Assembly: GCA_934141535.1 (NCBI GenBank)
Contig: CAKPCH010000002.1
Coordinates: 11,914-75,913, forward strand
From: an uncultured Bacilli bacterium
GTDB taxonomy: Bacteria; Bacillota_I; Bacilli_A; RF39; UBA660
Direction: 5' to 3'
DNA: 64,000 nucleotides
In this document: positions 27,801-39,096 of the stretch, piece by piece
Layout: every line of letters begins with the position of its first letter
Numbering within the stretch: position 1 is the stretch's first letter
Translations under genes and position numbers: made by a program
The notes under the pieces: generated by a model
Seen by the model: the letters and a program-made list of their open reading frames with translations, nothing else
Database searches by the model: none
What the model was told of the DNA's origin: nothing

Positions 27801-28671
27801 TTTTTTGTTTTACTTTTTGATATAGTTCTGGAACGTTATCTTTAACATAACTCTCTGCTGTTTTATATCCTGGAATTTCTCTTGTAACTGATGCAGGAAA
27901 ACTTCTTCTTACTGAACTTTCAACAATGCTTATCATCTTTTCTTCAGATATTAATTTATTAAAGTTTTGATAACTGTTATATAATTCGTATTCAAACTCT
28001 TTAAAACTTCTTCTAACACGGTCATATGCTACACATTCACTGCGCGCTACAGAGTTAATAGCATTTCTTAATTTTTCTCTTTTATCTACTCCAGGCATAT
28101 CTATAAGTTTATTTTTTACCTTTTGCGCTAAAGATCTTCTGATTTGCTTTTGTTCTTTTGCTTTAACTTCTTGTCTTTTCTTTAATATTAAAGCATATTG
28201 TTCTGTTGTTAAAACCTTTTTAGTATCTTCACATACTTTTTCTACTAAATTGTATGCCATATTTTCAGCACCTTGAAAATATTCTTTTATTTCTTTATCT
28301 AGTTGTTTCATTATACCTTTTATTAAATAACCATCTAGATATAATTCAACTATTCTTTTTCTTATAATTTCTTCTTTTTCCTTTTCTTGTGCAATTTTAG
28401 CAGCACTTGCTTGTTCACGTTTAGTTTTTTTAATTAATTGAGCTATCGCTTTTCTTTCATTTAATTCTTTTAATTGTTCAGCTGATAAACTTTTCTTAAA
28501 ATTTTCGATTGCTGAATGTATAAAATGAGTGCAATACTTTTTATCTTTTGAATAATGTGTATGTAAATCTTCCTTTATTATTTCATAAATTTCACTTGGA
28601 CTACTTAATTCCTTATAAAGTTCTACTACCTTAGCCTCTAACTCATCTAAAACTTTTATTTTATCTTCCAT
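27772..28671 (-). CDS. Hypothetical highly charged helical protein (299 aa)
   Basis: SD GGAGGGAG is embedded in the last lepA codons; ATG overlaps the lepA stop region (11 nt) and the stop overlaps the hemW start (29 nt). Internal repeat-like segments [15 protein letters not shown] / [15 protein letters not shown]. No motif recognised. Confidence 0.6.
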   Translation of the reverse strand: MEDKIKVLDELEAKVVELYKELSSPSEIYEIIKEDLHTHYSKDKKYCTHFIHSAIENFKKSLSAEQLKELNERKAIAQLIKKTKREQASAAKIAQEKEKEEIIRKRIVELYLDGYLIKGIMKQLDKEIKEYFQGAENMAYNLVEKVCEDTKKVLTTEQYALILKKRQEVKAKEQKQIRRSLAQKVKNKLIDMPGVDKREKLRNAINSVARSECVAYDRVRRSFKEFEYELYNSYQNFNKLISEEKMISIVESSVRRSFPASVTREIPGYKTAESYVKDNVPELYQKVKQKNENNRKPRN

Positions 28672-30469
28672 TTTCTTCTCCCTCCATGCTTAAAACACTT
28701 AAGAATGCTTCTTGAGGTACTTCAACACTACCCACCATTTTCATTCTTTTCTTTCCTTCTTTTTGATGTTCCAATAATTTTCTTTTTCTTGAAACATCTC
28801 CCCCATAACATTTAGCAAGCACATTTTTTCTTACTGCTTTTATATCACTTCTAGCAATTACTTTAGTTCCTATTACTGCTTGTATTGGAATTTCAAATTG
28901 TTGACGTGGTATTAATTTTCTTAAGCTTTCTACTATTACTTTTCCTCTATTGTATGCAAAATCCTTATGTACTATTAAACTTAAAGCATCTACTATATCA
29001 CCATTAAGTAATATATCCATTTTAACTAAGCTGCTTTCTTTATATCCTATTAATTCATAATCAAATGAAGCATAACCTTTAGTATAACTTTTTAATTTAT
29101 CAAAGAAGTCATATACTATTTCAGATAATGGAATTTCATAGTGTATATCTACACGTGTTTTATCTATATAATCCATTGATACATAATTACCACGCTTATT
29201 TTGACATAATTCCATTATAGGTCCTATATATTCACTTGGTACAAATATATTTGTTTTTATATATGGTTCACTAATAGATTTAATATTTTGTCTATCTGGC
29301 ATTTTTGATGGTGAATCTATATATATTACATTTCTATCTGTTAATTCTACTTTATATATTACAGATGGTGATGTAGCAATCAATTCTATACCAAATTCTC
29401 TTTCAATTCTTTCTTCTATTATTTCCATATGAAGAAGTCCTAAAAATCCACATCTAAATCCAAATCCTAAAGCTTTTGAAGTTTCTGGTTCAAATTCAAG
29501 TGAAGCATCGTTTAATTTAAGTTTTTCAAGTGCTTCTCTAAGTGACTCAAATTTATTTGACTCTATTGGAAATATACCACAGAATACCATTGGTTTCATA
29601 GGTTTATAACCAGGTAATGGTTTTCCTTCATTTTCAACATGAGTAATTGTATCTCCTACTTTTATATCACTAATATTTTTTATACTAGCACATAAATAAC
29701 CAACTTCTCCAGTAGTAAGAGTATCTTTTTTTAATATTTTTGGAGTATGTACACCAAGTTCAACAACATCATAAACATTATTAGTTTCAAACATTTTTAT
29801 TTTATCGCCAACTTTTAATGTACCATTTACAACTCTAATAGAAGCAACTATTCCTCTATAAGAGTCAAAATAACTATCAAATATTAAAGCTTGAAGATTA
29901 TCTTTACTATCTCCTTTAGGAGCTGGTATTCTTTCTATTATAGCTTCTACTAGTTCTTTTATACCAACACCAGTTTTAGCACTACATAATATAATTTCAT
30001 CTTCATCAAATCCTAAACTATCATGCAATTCTTGTTTTACTTTTTCTATATTAGCATTTGGAAGATCTATTTTATTAATAACTGGTATTATAGTTAAATC
30101 ATTTTCCATAGCAAGATATAAGTTTGCTAAAGTTTGAGCTTCTATACCTTGTGCTGCATCAACTACTAATATTGCTCCCTCACATGCTGCAAGGCTTCTT
30201 GACACTTCGTAAGTAAAATCTACATGACCTGGTGTATCTATTAAATGTAGAACATATTCTTCATCATTATAATGATATTTTAATTGAACTGTATTTAATT
30301 TAATTGTTATACCACGTTCTCTTTCAATATCCATACTATCTAGTATTTGAGCTTGTTTTTCTCTTTCTTGAATTGCACCTGTTATATCTAACAATCTATC
30401 AGCAAGAGTACTTTTACCATGATCTATATGAGCTATTATTGAGAAATTTCTAATATTTTGTTGTTTCAT
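28661..30469 (-). CDS. lepA: Translation elongation factor 4 (LepA)
   Basis: [35 protein letters not shown]; LepA-specific C-terminal domain. Confidence 0.97.
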   Translation of the reverse strand: MKQQNIRNFSIIAHIDHGKSTLADRLLDITGAIQEREKQAQILDSMDIERERGITIKLNTVQLKYHYNDEEYVLHLIDTPGHVDFTYEVSRSLAACEGAILVVDAAQGIEAQTLANLYLAMENDLTIIPVINKIDLPNANIEKVKQELHDSLGFDEDEIILCSAKTGVGIKELVEAIIERIPAPKGDSKDNLQALIFDSYFDSYRGIVASIRVVNGTLKVGDKIKMFETNNVYDVVELGVHTPKILKKDTLTTGEVGYLCASIKNISDIKVGDTITHVENEGKPLPGYKPMKPMVFCGIFPIESNKFESLREALEKLKLNDASLEFEPETSKALGFGFRCGFLGLLHMEIIEERIEREFGIELIATSPSVIYKVELTDRNVIYIDSPSKMPDRQNIKSISEPYIKTNIFVPSEYIGPIMELCQNKRGNYVSMDYIDKTRVDIHYEIPLSEIVYDFFDKLKSYTKGYASFDYELIGYKESSLVKMDILLNGDIVDALSLIVHKDFAYNRGKVIVESLRKLIPRQQFEIPIQAVIGTKVIARSDIKAVRKNVLAKCYGGDVSRKRKLLEHQKEGKKRMKMVGSVEVPQEAFLSVLSMEGEENGR

Positions 30470-30524
30470 TTCAACTCACCTATCTTATTATATCAAAAAA
30501 ATGTATTATTTTAAATACATTTTA

Positions 30525-31619
30525 TCATTTTGAATAATTTTGTAATACATATTTTTTTAATATTTCATTATCATTTTCTAATAGTTTATTAACTAATTTA
30601 TATTCTAAATCATTATATATATCACTAATATATTTACCTGGTTTCTTAGAAAGTAATTCACATATTTCACTAGCACTTATTTTTATTTCAGTTTTATTAT
30701 GTATATATAATCCATTATATCTTTCAGTTATTACTTGTTTATCTATTCCTTTTATTTCTCCAACTATACTAGTTATATAAAGGCCATACTTATATAAATT
30801 ATTAAAATTTAATATATCTTTATTCATAAGTTCATTTATTGCTTCTATTGTGTTCTTTTCTACTTTATTAAAGTTATATTTACCTAAACAATCTAATTGT
30901 GCCCATATACCTACTAAATAAGTAGTTGGTATTAACTTAGATAAATTCTTAAGTTCTAATACTTCTTCTAATTCTAATTCTCTAATTAAACTTATACCAT
31001 ATAAACAATTAGGACTTGAAAACACCTTATCTAACTCTTCTTTTTTTCTATAATATGATAAACTTTTTAATAACTCTTTATTATTTCTTATAGCTTCTTT
31101 TAAATCATCTGATAATTTAAAATCTAACGTAGTAGCAAACCTTATAGCTCTTAATATTCTAAGTGAATCTTCAAATATTTTAGTATCTGCATCTCCTACT
31201 GTTCTTATTATTCTATTATCAATATCTATTCTTCCATTTAGAATATCAATTAATTTACCATCACTATTTATACACATAGTGTTCATAGTAAAGTCTCTTC
31301 TTTTTAAATCTTCTTCTAAATTATCTATATATTTTATTTCTATAGGTTTTCTATTATTTAAATATTTTATATCCTGTCTAAATGTAGTTATTTCAAATCT
31401 TATATTATTTATAAAAAGTGTTATAGATCCATATTGTTCTGATGGCATAACTGATTCACCAAATATAATTTTTAATTCTTTAGGTGTAGCACTCGTACAT
31501 ATATCAAAGTCTACGCTCTCTCTTCCCATATAATAATCTCTTGGGTATCCTCCAACTAAATAGGCTTTATATCCTGAGTCATTTATTTTTTTTAATAATT
31601 TGAGTGCTGTATCATTCAT
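30525..31619 (-). CDS. cca: CCA-adding tRNA nucleotidyltransferase (poly-A polymerase family)
   Basis: YLVGGYPRDYYMGRESVDFDICTSA, RRDFTMN, LRAIRFA. Start ATG 31619 preferred (GGTGA upstream); 31631 possible. Confidence 0.85.
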   Translation of the reverse strand: MNDTALKLLKKINDSGYKAYLVGGYPRDYYMGRESVDFDICTSATPKELKIIFGESVMPSEQYGSITLFINNIRFEITTFRQDIKYLNNRKPIEIKYIDNLEEDLKRRDFTMNTMCINSDGKLIDILNGRIDIDNRIIRTVGDADTKIFEDSLRILRAIRFATTLDFKLSDDLKEAIRNNKELLKSLSYYRKKEELDKVFSSPNCLYGISLIRELELEEVLELKNLSKLIPTTYLVGIWAQLDCLGKYNFNKVEKNTIEAINELMNKDILNFNNLYKYGLYITSIVGEIKGIDKQVITERYNGLYIHNKTEIKISASEICELLSKKPGKYISDIYNDLEYKLVNKLLENDNEILKKYVLQNYSK

Positions 31620-31728
31620 TTCATTCACCATTATTATTATACAATAAAAAAAATATTATTTGAATAGATATTTAAATAACTAGCTTTAATTTAATTTTTG
31701 TTTACAGTTTTAAAAAAACCCAAAAAAA

Positions 31729-34023
31729 TTATTTTTGAGTCTTATTAATTAAATAGTTATATATTTCATTATAATGTTTTACTGGTATAAATTTTATTTT
31801 CTTTAAAACCTCGTTTGGAACATCTTCTAAATCATTTAAATTAGATGCTGGTATAAATACTGTATCTATATTATTTATATATGCTCCAATAATTTTTTCT
31901 TTTATTCCACCTACTCTTAAAATGTTTCCTCTTAATGTTATTTCACCTGTCATTGCTATGGATTTATTAATTTTTAAATTAGATAAAGCACTTATTATTG
32001 ATGTCGTTATAGCAACTCCAGCAGAAGGTCCCTCTTTTTTTATACTTATATTTGGTATATTTATATGTATATCACTATTAAATATATCATTATTTAATTT
32101 AAATGTTTTATAATTTGCTTTTATATAACTGATTGCTATTTTAACACTTTCTTGTAACATATCACCAACAGAACCAGTAACAATTACTTCTCCATTACCT
32201 TTATAATAGTTAACCTCTATAGGAATTATATCTCCTCCACTAGATGTATAAGAAAGACCATTAACTAATCCTATTTCGTCATCTAATAAATCATTTTCAT
32301 ATTTTCTTTTACCTAAATATTCTTCTATATTTCTTATTGATTTACTAGTACTTTTTTTATCTATGTTTTGGAGTGCTACTTTTCTAACTATTTTAGATAT
32401 TAATCTTTGTAATTCTCTTAAACCACTTTCATGAGTATAATATCTAATTATTTCTAGTATATTCTTATCACTTATTTTAATATTATCTATGCCATGACTT
32501 TCACATACATTTGGTATGATATATTTTTTTACTATGTTAATTTTTTCAAGTTCTGTATATCCATTTATATTTATTATTTCTAATCTATCTTTAAGAGGTT
32601 CTGGTATTAAGTTAATATCATTTGCAGTAGTAATAAACATAACTTGTGATAAATCATATTCTTCATCTAGATAATTATCTATAAAATGTTTGTTTTGACT
32701 TGGGTCTAATACTTCAAGAAGAGCACTTTGTGGATCTCCTTTATGGTTTACAGCCATTTTATCTATTTCATCTATTAAAAATACTGGATTAGATGTTTTT
32801 GCTCTTCTTATTCCATCTATAATTTTACCGCTTGTAGCGCCTATATATGTTCTGCTATGTCCTTTTATAAAGGCTTCATCATCAATACCACCCAATGATA
32901 TTTTTACAAAACTTCTACCTATACTAGATGCGATTGAATAAGCAAATGTAGTTTTACCTACACCTGGTGGACCTACTAAACAAATTATTGGAGTTGTAAT
33001 ATCTTTAGATAATTTTTTGAGTGCTAAATACTCTATAATTCTTTCTTTAACATTTTCAAGTCCAAAATGGTTATTATCTAAACTTTTTCTTATTTCTTCT
33101 ATTTCTGTTATTTCTTTATCTTTATGATTCCAAGGAAGATTTATAATTAAATCTATATAGTTTCTTACTATACTAACCTCAGGTGATATAGTTGGAATCT
33201 TACTATATCTATCTATTTCATAATATATTTTATTTTTTATTGCCTCACTACAATCTAGTGTTTCAACCTTACTTTTTAACTCAGATATTTCTTTATCAAA
33301 TGGTGAAATATCTCCAAGTTCATCTTCTAAAAGTTTTATTTTTTCTTTTAAGTAAAACTTTTTTTGATCTTCTTCTAATTCTTTTTTTACTTTATTATCT
33401 ATTGTATCTTCTAATTTAAATAATTGTTCTTGTTTATATAAATCCTCTAATATCATTTCAGTTCTTTTAGTAGGATCTATTGTAATTAAATATTTAATTT
33501 TCCTGTTAATATCTAAAGGTAAATGATTTACTATAATATCAGTAATAGAATCTAAATCATTATTATTTTCTATTAAAGATATTAAACTATTACTCATATT
33601 TGGAACTTTTTCTATATAATTCGAAATTTCTAATTGTAATTTATTTATTAAAGCTAATTTTATATTATTTGGTACATTTAATTTAGGACTTAACATTACT
33701 ATAGAATCTAAAGTATCTTTTAATGGATTTAAATATTCTAATACTTTAGCGCGGCTTATACCTTTTAATATTACTCTAACTTTACCATTAGGTAGTTCTA
33801 ACTTTCTTTCAATATGAGCAACTGTACCTATTTTAATTAAATCTTTTGTTATTATATTTTCTTCAAGTGAAGTCTTTGTAACTACAAGAATATTAGCTTC
33901 ATGAAACAAAATAGATTCTTCTATTATGCTTTTACTTACCTCATCTTCAAATTCAAATTTAACTTCTGATGTTGGCATAAGGATGGCATTATTAAGTAAA
34001 ATTACTGGTAAATTTAATTTCAT
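31729..34023 (-). CDS. lon: ATP-dependent Lon protease (LonA type)
   Basis: LON N-domain, GPPGVGKTT, FLIDEIDK, protease KEGPSAGVAITT...GEITLRG..VGGIKEK. Confidence 0.95.
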   Translation of the reverse strand: MKLNLPVILLNNAILMPTSEVKFEFEDEVSKSIIEESILFHEANILVVTKTSLEENIITKDLIKIGTVAHIERKLELPNGKVRVILKGISRAKVLEYLNPLKDTLDSIVMLSPKLNVPNNIKLALINKLQLEISNYIEKVPNMSNSLISLIENNNDLDSITDIIVNHLPLDINRKIKYLITIDPTKRTEMILEDLYKQEQLFKLEDTIDNKVKKELEEDQKKFYLKEKIKLLEDELGDISPFDKEISELKSKVETLDCSEAIKNKIYYEIDRYSKIPTISPEVSIVRNYIDLIINLPWNHKDKEITEIEEIRKSLDNNHFGLENVKERIIEYLALKKLSKDITTPIICLVGPPGVGKTTFAYSIASSIGRSFVKISLGGIDDEAFIKGHSRTYIGATSGKIIDGIRRAKTSNPVFLIDEIDKMAVNHKGDPQSALLEVLDPSQNKHFIDNYLDEEYDLSQVMFITTANDINLIPEPLKDRLEIININGYTELEKINIVKKYIIPNVCESHGIDNIKISDKNILEIIRYYTHESGLRELQRLISKIVRKVALQNIDKKSTSKSIRNIEEYLGKRKYENDLLDDEIGLVNGLSYTSSGGDIIPIEVNYYKGNGEVIVTGSVGDMLQESVKIAISYIKANYKTFKLNNDIFNSDIHINIPNISIKKEGPSAGVAITTSIISALSNLKINKSIAMTGEITLRGNILRVGGIKEKIIGAYINNIDTVFIPASNLNDLEDVPNEVLKKIKFIPVKHYNEIYNYLINKTQK

Positions 34024-34175
34024 ATAATACCTCCTTTGGATTGATTTTTATTATAGTTAATACAAATTAAAAAGTCAACAAAAATGACTACTTTTACATA
34101 TTTTTTTGTATTATTTATTTTTTTAAGAATAAGTTAATTTACTATTCATATATTTAATTAGAAATGAGGGTTGTT

Positions 34176-35651
34176 ATGGAAAAAATTGATATAATAAAAA
34201 GTATCACCAATCGTACAGGTGGAGATTTATATTTAGGGGTTGTGGGTGCTGTACGTACTGGTAAATCTACTTTTATTAAGAAATTTATTGAAAACTTGGT
34301 AGTACCCAATATAGAAGATGAATACGAAAAAAAGAGATGTTTAGATGAAATCCCACAATCTGCTCAAGGTAAAATGATTATGACAACAGAACCTAAGTTT
34401 GTTCCTAGTAATGCAGCAAACATAACTCTTGATAGTTTCTCTTGTAATGTAAGACTTGTTGACTGTGTTGGTTATGTTATTGATGGAGCAAAAGGTTATG
34501 AAGATGAAAATGGACCTAGAATGGTTAGAACACCGTGGTATGATGAAGAGATTCCTTTTGTAGAAGCTGCTGAAATAGGTACTGAAAAAGTTATAAAGGA
34601 TCATTCAAGTATTGGTATTGTTATTACTACTGATGGATCTTTTGGTGAAATTAGTAGGACTAATTATATAGAGGCTGAAGAAAGAGTTGTTAATGAATTA
34701 AAAGATATTGGTAAACCATTTATCGTTGTATTAAATTCTGCTCATCCTACATTACCAGAAACAGAAAGACTAGCAGAAAAATTAAAAGATGAATACCGTG
34801 TTCCTGTTATTCCTTTATCAGTAGAAGGAATGAATGAAAAAGATATTTATAATGTATTAAGGGAAGCTTTATATGAATTTCCAGTTATTGAAGTTAAAGT
34901 TAATATGCCAGATTGGATAGCATGCTTAAATTCTAATAATTCTTTAAAACGTGAATACATAGAAAAAATTAAGGAAAGTGTTGTTGAAGTAGATAAATTA
35001 AGAGATATAGAAACTATTACATCACATTTTGAAAATTCTGAACATATAAAATCAGCATATATTTCTAATGTAGATACTTCTACTGGAATAGTTACAATAA
35101 ACTTAGAGGCTCCTGATTATTTATATGATGAAGCACTAAGAGAAATAATTGGAACTGATGTAAAAAGTAAAGCAGATTTATTAATGTTATTCCAAAATTA
35201 TAATGAAGCAAAAATAGAATATGATCAAATAAAGGATGCTTTAAAAATGGTAAAAGCAACTGGATATGGTGTAGCATCACCTACACTATCTGATATGAAA
35301 TTAAAAACACCTGAAATTATTAAACAAGGATCTAGATATGGAATTAAACTTAAAGCAGTAGCGCCTTCTATACATATGATAAGAGTTGATGTTGAATCTA
35401 CATTTGAGCCTATTATAGGATCAGAACTTCAAAGTAAAGAATTAATAGATTATCTATTAAAAGATAAAGATAAAGATCCAAATGGAATTTGGAAAAGTGA
35501 AATATTTGGAAGAAGTATTGATAATATAGTAAAAGAAGGAATACAAGCAAAACTTTCTTTAACTCCAGAAAACGCAAGATTTAAATTACAACAAACACTT
35601 ACTAAATTAGTAAATAAAGGTTCTGGTAATTTGTTTGCTATTGTAATATAA
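34176..35651 (+). CDS. spoIVA: Stage IV sporulation protein A (spore-coat basement ATPase)
   Basis: DIIKSITNRTGGDLYLGVVGAVRTGKSTFIKKF (Walker A) and overall collinearity with SpoIVA. Start ATG 34176 (SD GAGGG). Confidence 0.93.
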   Translation: MEKIDIIKSITNRTGGDLYLGVVGAVRTGKSTFIKKFIENLVVPNIEDEYEKKRCLDEIPQSAQGKMIMTTEPKFVPSNAANITLDSFSCNVRLVDCVGYVIDGAKGYEDENGPRMVRTPWYDEEIPFVEAAEIGTEKVIKDHSSIGIVITTDGSFGEISRTNYIEAEERVVNELKDIGKPFIVVLNSAHPTLPETERLAEKLKDEYRVPVIPLSVEGMNEKDIYNVLREALYEFPVIEVKVNMPDWIACLNSNNSLKREYIEKIKESVVEVDKLRDIETITSHFENSEHIKSAYISNVDTSTGIVTINLEAPDYLYDEALREIIGTDVKSKADLLMLFQNYNEAKIEYDQIKDALKMVKATGYGVASPTLSDMKLKTPEIIKQGSRYGIKLKAVAPSIHMIRVDVESTFEPIIGSELQSKELIDYLLKDKDKDPNGIWKSEIFGRSIDNIVKEGIQAKLSLTPENARFKLQQTLTKLVNKGSGNLFAIVI

Positions 35652-35653
35652 AA

Positions 35654-35677
35654 AAACTGAAGAAAATCAGTTTTTTT
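35654..35677. terminator. Bidirectional terminator between spoIVA and the convergent 148-aa ORF
   Basis: AAACTGA (35654-35660) / TCAGTTT (35667-35673), flanked by an A-run and a T-run. Confidence 0.7.
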
Positions 35678-36122
35678 AGTTTATCATTTCATAAGTAATT
35701 ACACTATTCTCTATTAAATTCATCATTTCTAACTTTGTAAGTTTATTCTTTATTTTTATAAACATATTATTATCTTTATTTATTATTTCTATTTTAGGTA
35801 AAATACTTAAAGGTATATCATTTACTTTATATAAAAAATTAGTATTAACAGTTGAAAGACGCATATCAACTTGATTTTTAAAATAATTATAATACTCTAG
35901 TTCTTCTTTTTCTAAATGAAGTACTATACCATAATTTTTATCTTTATATATAGTTATATTATAAAATCCTTCTATAGCAATATCATATTTATTTTTTAAT
36001 AATTTAAATAACTTTTTTAAATATTTTTCTATATCTTCTTTATTATTAAAATTTATATTTTTTATATTTTCTTTTTTTATGTATATATCTAATATTAATT
36101 CATTAATATACTTAATACTCAT
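35676..36122 (-). CDS. Hypothetical protein (148 aa), faint MecA-adaptor-like pattern
   Basis: MSIKYINELILDIYIKKENIKNINF...IAIEGFYNITIYKDKNYGIVLHLEK loosely echoes the MecA N-domain layout. Similarity is judged by eye only. Confidence 0.3.
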   Translation of the reverse strand: MSIKYINELILDIYIKKENIKNINFNNKEDIEKYLKKLFKLLKNKYDIAIEGFYNITIYKDKNYGIVLHLEKEELEYYNYFKNQVDMRLSTVNTNFLYKVNDIPLSILPKIEIINKDNNMFIKIKNKLTKLEMMNLIENSVITYEMIN

Positions 36123-36155
36123 GATATCACCTAATTTATAGTATGAAAAAAAGAA

Positions 36156-36737
36156 CTACATGGTTCTTTCAATTTTATCATATACTTCTTTTTTACCTTC
36201 TTTTGTAACATTTGAAAACATTATAAAGTCATCTCCAACTACTAAGTCTAAATCTGCTAAAATAGCATTTCTTTGTTTTTGTTGAAGTGTTATACCTATT
36301 TTATCTGTTTTTGTAGCAACTATAGTTACTGGTATTTTATAATATTTTAAGTAATTATACATCATCAAATCATCATTAGATGGTTGGTGACGAAAATCTA
36401 TTAACATAAATACTTGTTTTAAATTTGGTCTGTTTTGTAAGTAATCTTCCATCATAAGTCCAAATTTTTTTTGTTTCTTTTTACTTAACATAGCAAATCC
36501 ATATCCAGGAGCATCTACTAAATAAAATTTATCGTTTACATGATAAAAATTAATAGTTTGAGTTTTACCTGGAGTAGCACTTGTTCTAGCATAATTTTTT
36601 CTATTTATAAGTGTATTAATAAAACTACTTTTACCAACATTACTTTTCCCTACTAATAAGTATTCTGGTTGATTATCTGTTGGATATTGACTACGTCTAA
36701 CCGCACTTATAGTTAAATCTACGCTTGTAATCTTCAA
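36156..36737 (-). CDS. engB: Ribosome-biogenesis GTPase EngB/YsxC
   Basis: GKSNVGKSSFINTLINRK, DAPGYGF, TKTDK. Confidence 0.93.
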   Translation of the reverse strand: MKITSVDLTISAVRRSQYPTDNQPEYLLVGKSNVGKSSFINTLINRKNYARTSATPGKTQTINFYHVNDKFYLVDAPGYGFAMLSKKKQKKFGLMMEDYLQNRPNLKQVFMLIDFRHQPSNDDLMMYNYLKYYKIPVTIVATKTDKIGITLQQKQRNAILADLDLVVGDDFIMFSNVTKEGKKEVYDKIERTM

Positions 36738-36775
36738 ATTACTTCACTCCTTTTTGATGTTATGATTATAACACT

Positions 36776-37291
36776 TTAATTTTTTTTTGTCAAAAATGCT
36801 CGTATTAATTTTATTATTAAATAAATATAATAAATAATATAAATTATATTACCTAATTTTATCATAGGGTATATATTCCCTATTACAAGTATATTTACAT
36901 TATTTAAATATTTAGTAATAAAGCATGAAAAAATTATAAATACTAAAGTAATGCCGTATATAACATATTCAAATATATTATAATTTCTTTTATATTTTAT
37001 AATTATAGTTATTATTAAATATATAATACTATTAAGAAAATAAAAGTAAATATTATTTAATGGATTATTAAATTTAAAGCTTAATATAGATATAAGATAA
37101 TAATATAAAATTATTATTATTAATATAATATTTATAAAAAGCACTATAGTTTTTGATATTTTTCTATTTTTATTAAAGAATATTATAAATATATAAATTA
37201 ATACTGCTAATATTGAAAAGATAAAAAATGTATGTTTAAATGAATTTATTAATAATTTAAAAGCATCTATTATATTATAATTTAGGCTCAT
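36776..37291 (-). CDS. Hypothetical polytopic membrane protein (171 aa)
   Basis: 4-5 hydrophobic spans rich in I/Y/F; 4-nt overlap with the gpmI stop suggests co-translation. No motif recognised. Confidence 0.5.
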   Translation of the reverse strand: MSLNYNIIDAFKLLINSFKHTFFIFSILAVLIYIFIIFFNKNRKISKTIVLFINIILIIIILYYYLISILSFKFNNPLNNIYFYFLNSIIYLIITIIIKYKRNYNIFEYVIYGITLVFIIFSCFITKYLNNVNILVIGNIYPMIKLGNIIYIIYYIYLIIKLIRAFLTKKN

Positions 37292-38784
37292 CTAACTAAA
37301 CTATCTCCAGTCATTGAAGCAGGTTTTGGTATATCCATAATATCTAAAATAGTAGGCGCTATATCAGCTAATTTACCATTTTTTAAAGTATATGAATTAT
37401 CAGTTATAATAAGTGGTACTGGACTTGTTGAGTGACTTGTTACTATATTATCATTATCATCTAACATATAATCACTATTACCATGATCTGCTGTAACTAC
37501 TAAAGTTCCACCTATACTTTTTAATTTGTTATAAATCATACCAACACACTCATCAACAACTGTTACTGCCTTAACTGTAGCATCAAAATTACCTGTATGA
37601 CCAACCATATCTCCATTAGCAAAGTTTAGAACTACAAAATCATAATCATCTATTATATTAAGTAATTTATCTGTTATAAGATATGCACTCATTTCTGGTT
37701 TAAGATCATAGGTTGCTACTTTTGATGATGGAATCAATATTCTATCACAATTAGCTAAATCTTTTTCTACACCGCCATCAAAGAAATAAGTAACGTGTGC
37801 ATATTTTTCAGTTTCTGCTATTCTTAGTTGTTTGATACCAAACCTAGATAAATATTCTCCTAAAGTATCATCTAATTTTTGATGTTCATAAGCGGGAGTA
37901 GATATAACTTCATCACTTACAGGAAACATTGTTACAAGTTTTATATTTTTAAATGTTTTATGTGGAAAAGAATCAAATTCCTTGTTAGTTATACATTTAA
38001 ATAATTCTCTTATACGATCAGGTCTAAAATTAAATACAAGCAATCCATCATTATTCTTTACTATACCATTTTTATCAAATAACATAGGCTTAATAAATTC
38101 GTCTGTAATTCCTTCATTATAGCTTTCTTTTATATATTCTATTGGGTCATTTTTTACTCTTCCTAACCCATTTACAATAACATCATAACTTTTTCTTATT
38201 CTATCCCAATTATTATCTCTATCCATAGAATAATATCTTCCGCTAATTGTAGCTATTTTACCTATCTTAAGCTTTGATAAATGAGATATTAAATCACCTA
38301 CATATTTAACAGATGAATTTATGCTAGTATCACGTCCATCAGTAAAAGCATGTATATATATATCATCAATGCCTTTTTCTTTACACATATCAAGTATTCC
38401 ATATAAATGAGATATATGAGAATGTATTCCACCATCACTTAAAAGCCCAAATATATGTAATCTAGAATTATTTTTTTTAACATGATCTATTACATCGTTT
38501 ATATTCTTATTATCATAAATATTTTTATTTTTTATTTCTTTTGTTATTAATTGTAATGGTTGATAAACTACTCTTCCAGCACCTATATTAGTATGACCTA
38601 CTTCACTATTCCCCATTTGATTACTTGGAAGTCCTACCGCTTCACCACTAGCTTCAAGTAAACTATGTGGATAATGATCTAATAAAAAATTTAAGTTAGT
38701 TGTATCAGCTTTTCTTACAGCATTACCGTGCTCTTCTTTTCTGATACCTACACCATCCATTATACAAAGTACTACCTTTTTCAT
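37288..38784 (-). CDS. gpmI: 2,3-bisphosphoglycerate-independent phosphoglycerate mutase
   Basis: VLCIMDGVG, GNSEVGHTNIGAGR, TADHGN. Confidence 0.96.
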   Translation of the reverse strand: MKKVVLCIMDGVGIRKEEHGNAVRKADTTNLNFLLDHYPHSLLEASGEAVGLPSNQMGNSEVGHTNIGAGRVVYQPLQLITKEIKNKNIYDNKNINDVIDHVKKNNSRLHIFGLLSDGGIHSHISHLYGILDMCKEKGIDDIYIHAFTDGRDTSINSSVKYVGDLISHLSKLKIGKIATISGRYYSMDRDNNWDRIRKSYDVIVNGLGRVKNDPIEYIKESYNEGITDEFIKPMLFDKNGIVKNNDGLLVFNFRPDRIRELFKCITNKEFDSFPHKTFKNIKLVTMFPVSDEVISTPAYEHQKLDDTLGEYLSRFGIKQLRIAETEKYAHVTYFFDGGVEKDLANCDRILIPSSKVATYDLKPEMSAYLITDKLLNIIDDYDFVVLNFANGDMVGHTGNFDATVKAVTVVDECVGMIYNKLKSIGGTLVVTADHGNSDYMLDDNDNIVTSHSTSPVPLIITDNSYTLKNGKLADIAPTILDIMDIPKPASMTGDSLVR

Positions 38785-38826
38785 ATTATCACCTAATATA
38801 ATTTTATCACATGAAAAAAAGAAATT

Positions 38827-39096
38827 CTAGTTATTTCTTTTTTTATTATCAAATATACCTTCACATAATTCATCCATGCTTATCCCTAATATTTTAGCAA
38901 TCTTATACATAGAATAAAATGATAAAGATTTTTGTCCACCTTCACTTACAATATGTCTTAAATATTCATAAGAAATATCGATTTCTTCAGCAAACTCCAT
39001 TAGGTTAATATTTTTCTCTTTACACACTTTTCTAACATTATTACCAATAATATATTGAACATCATCTTTTGACATAAAATCTTTTATTAACTGCAT
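38827..39096 (-). CDS. XRE-family HTH transcriptional regulator (89 aa)
   Basis: IGNNVRKVCKEKNINLMEFAEEIDISYEYLRHI...SFYSMYKIAKILGISMDEL. Confidence 0.75.
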   Translation of the reverse strand: MQLIKDFMSKDDVQYIIGNNVRKVCKEKNINLMEFAEEIDISYEYLRHIVSEGGQKSLSFYSMYKIAKILGISMDELCEGIFDNKKRNN

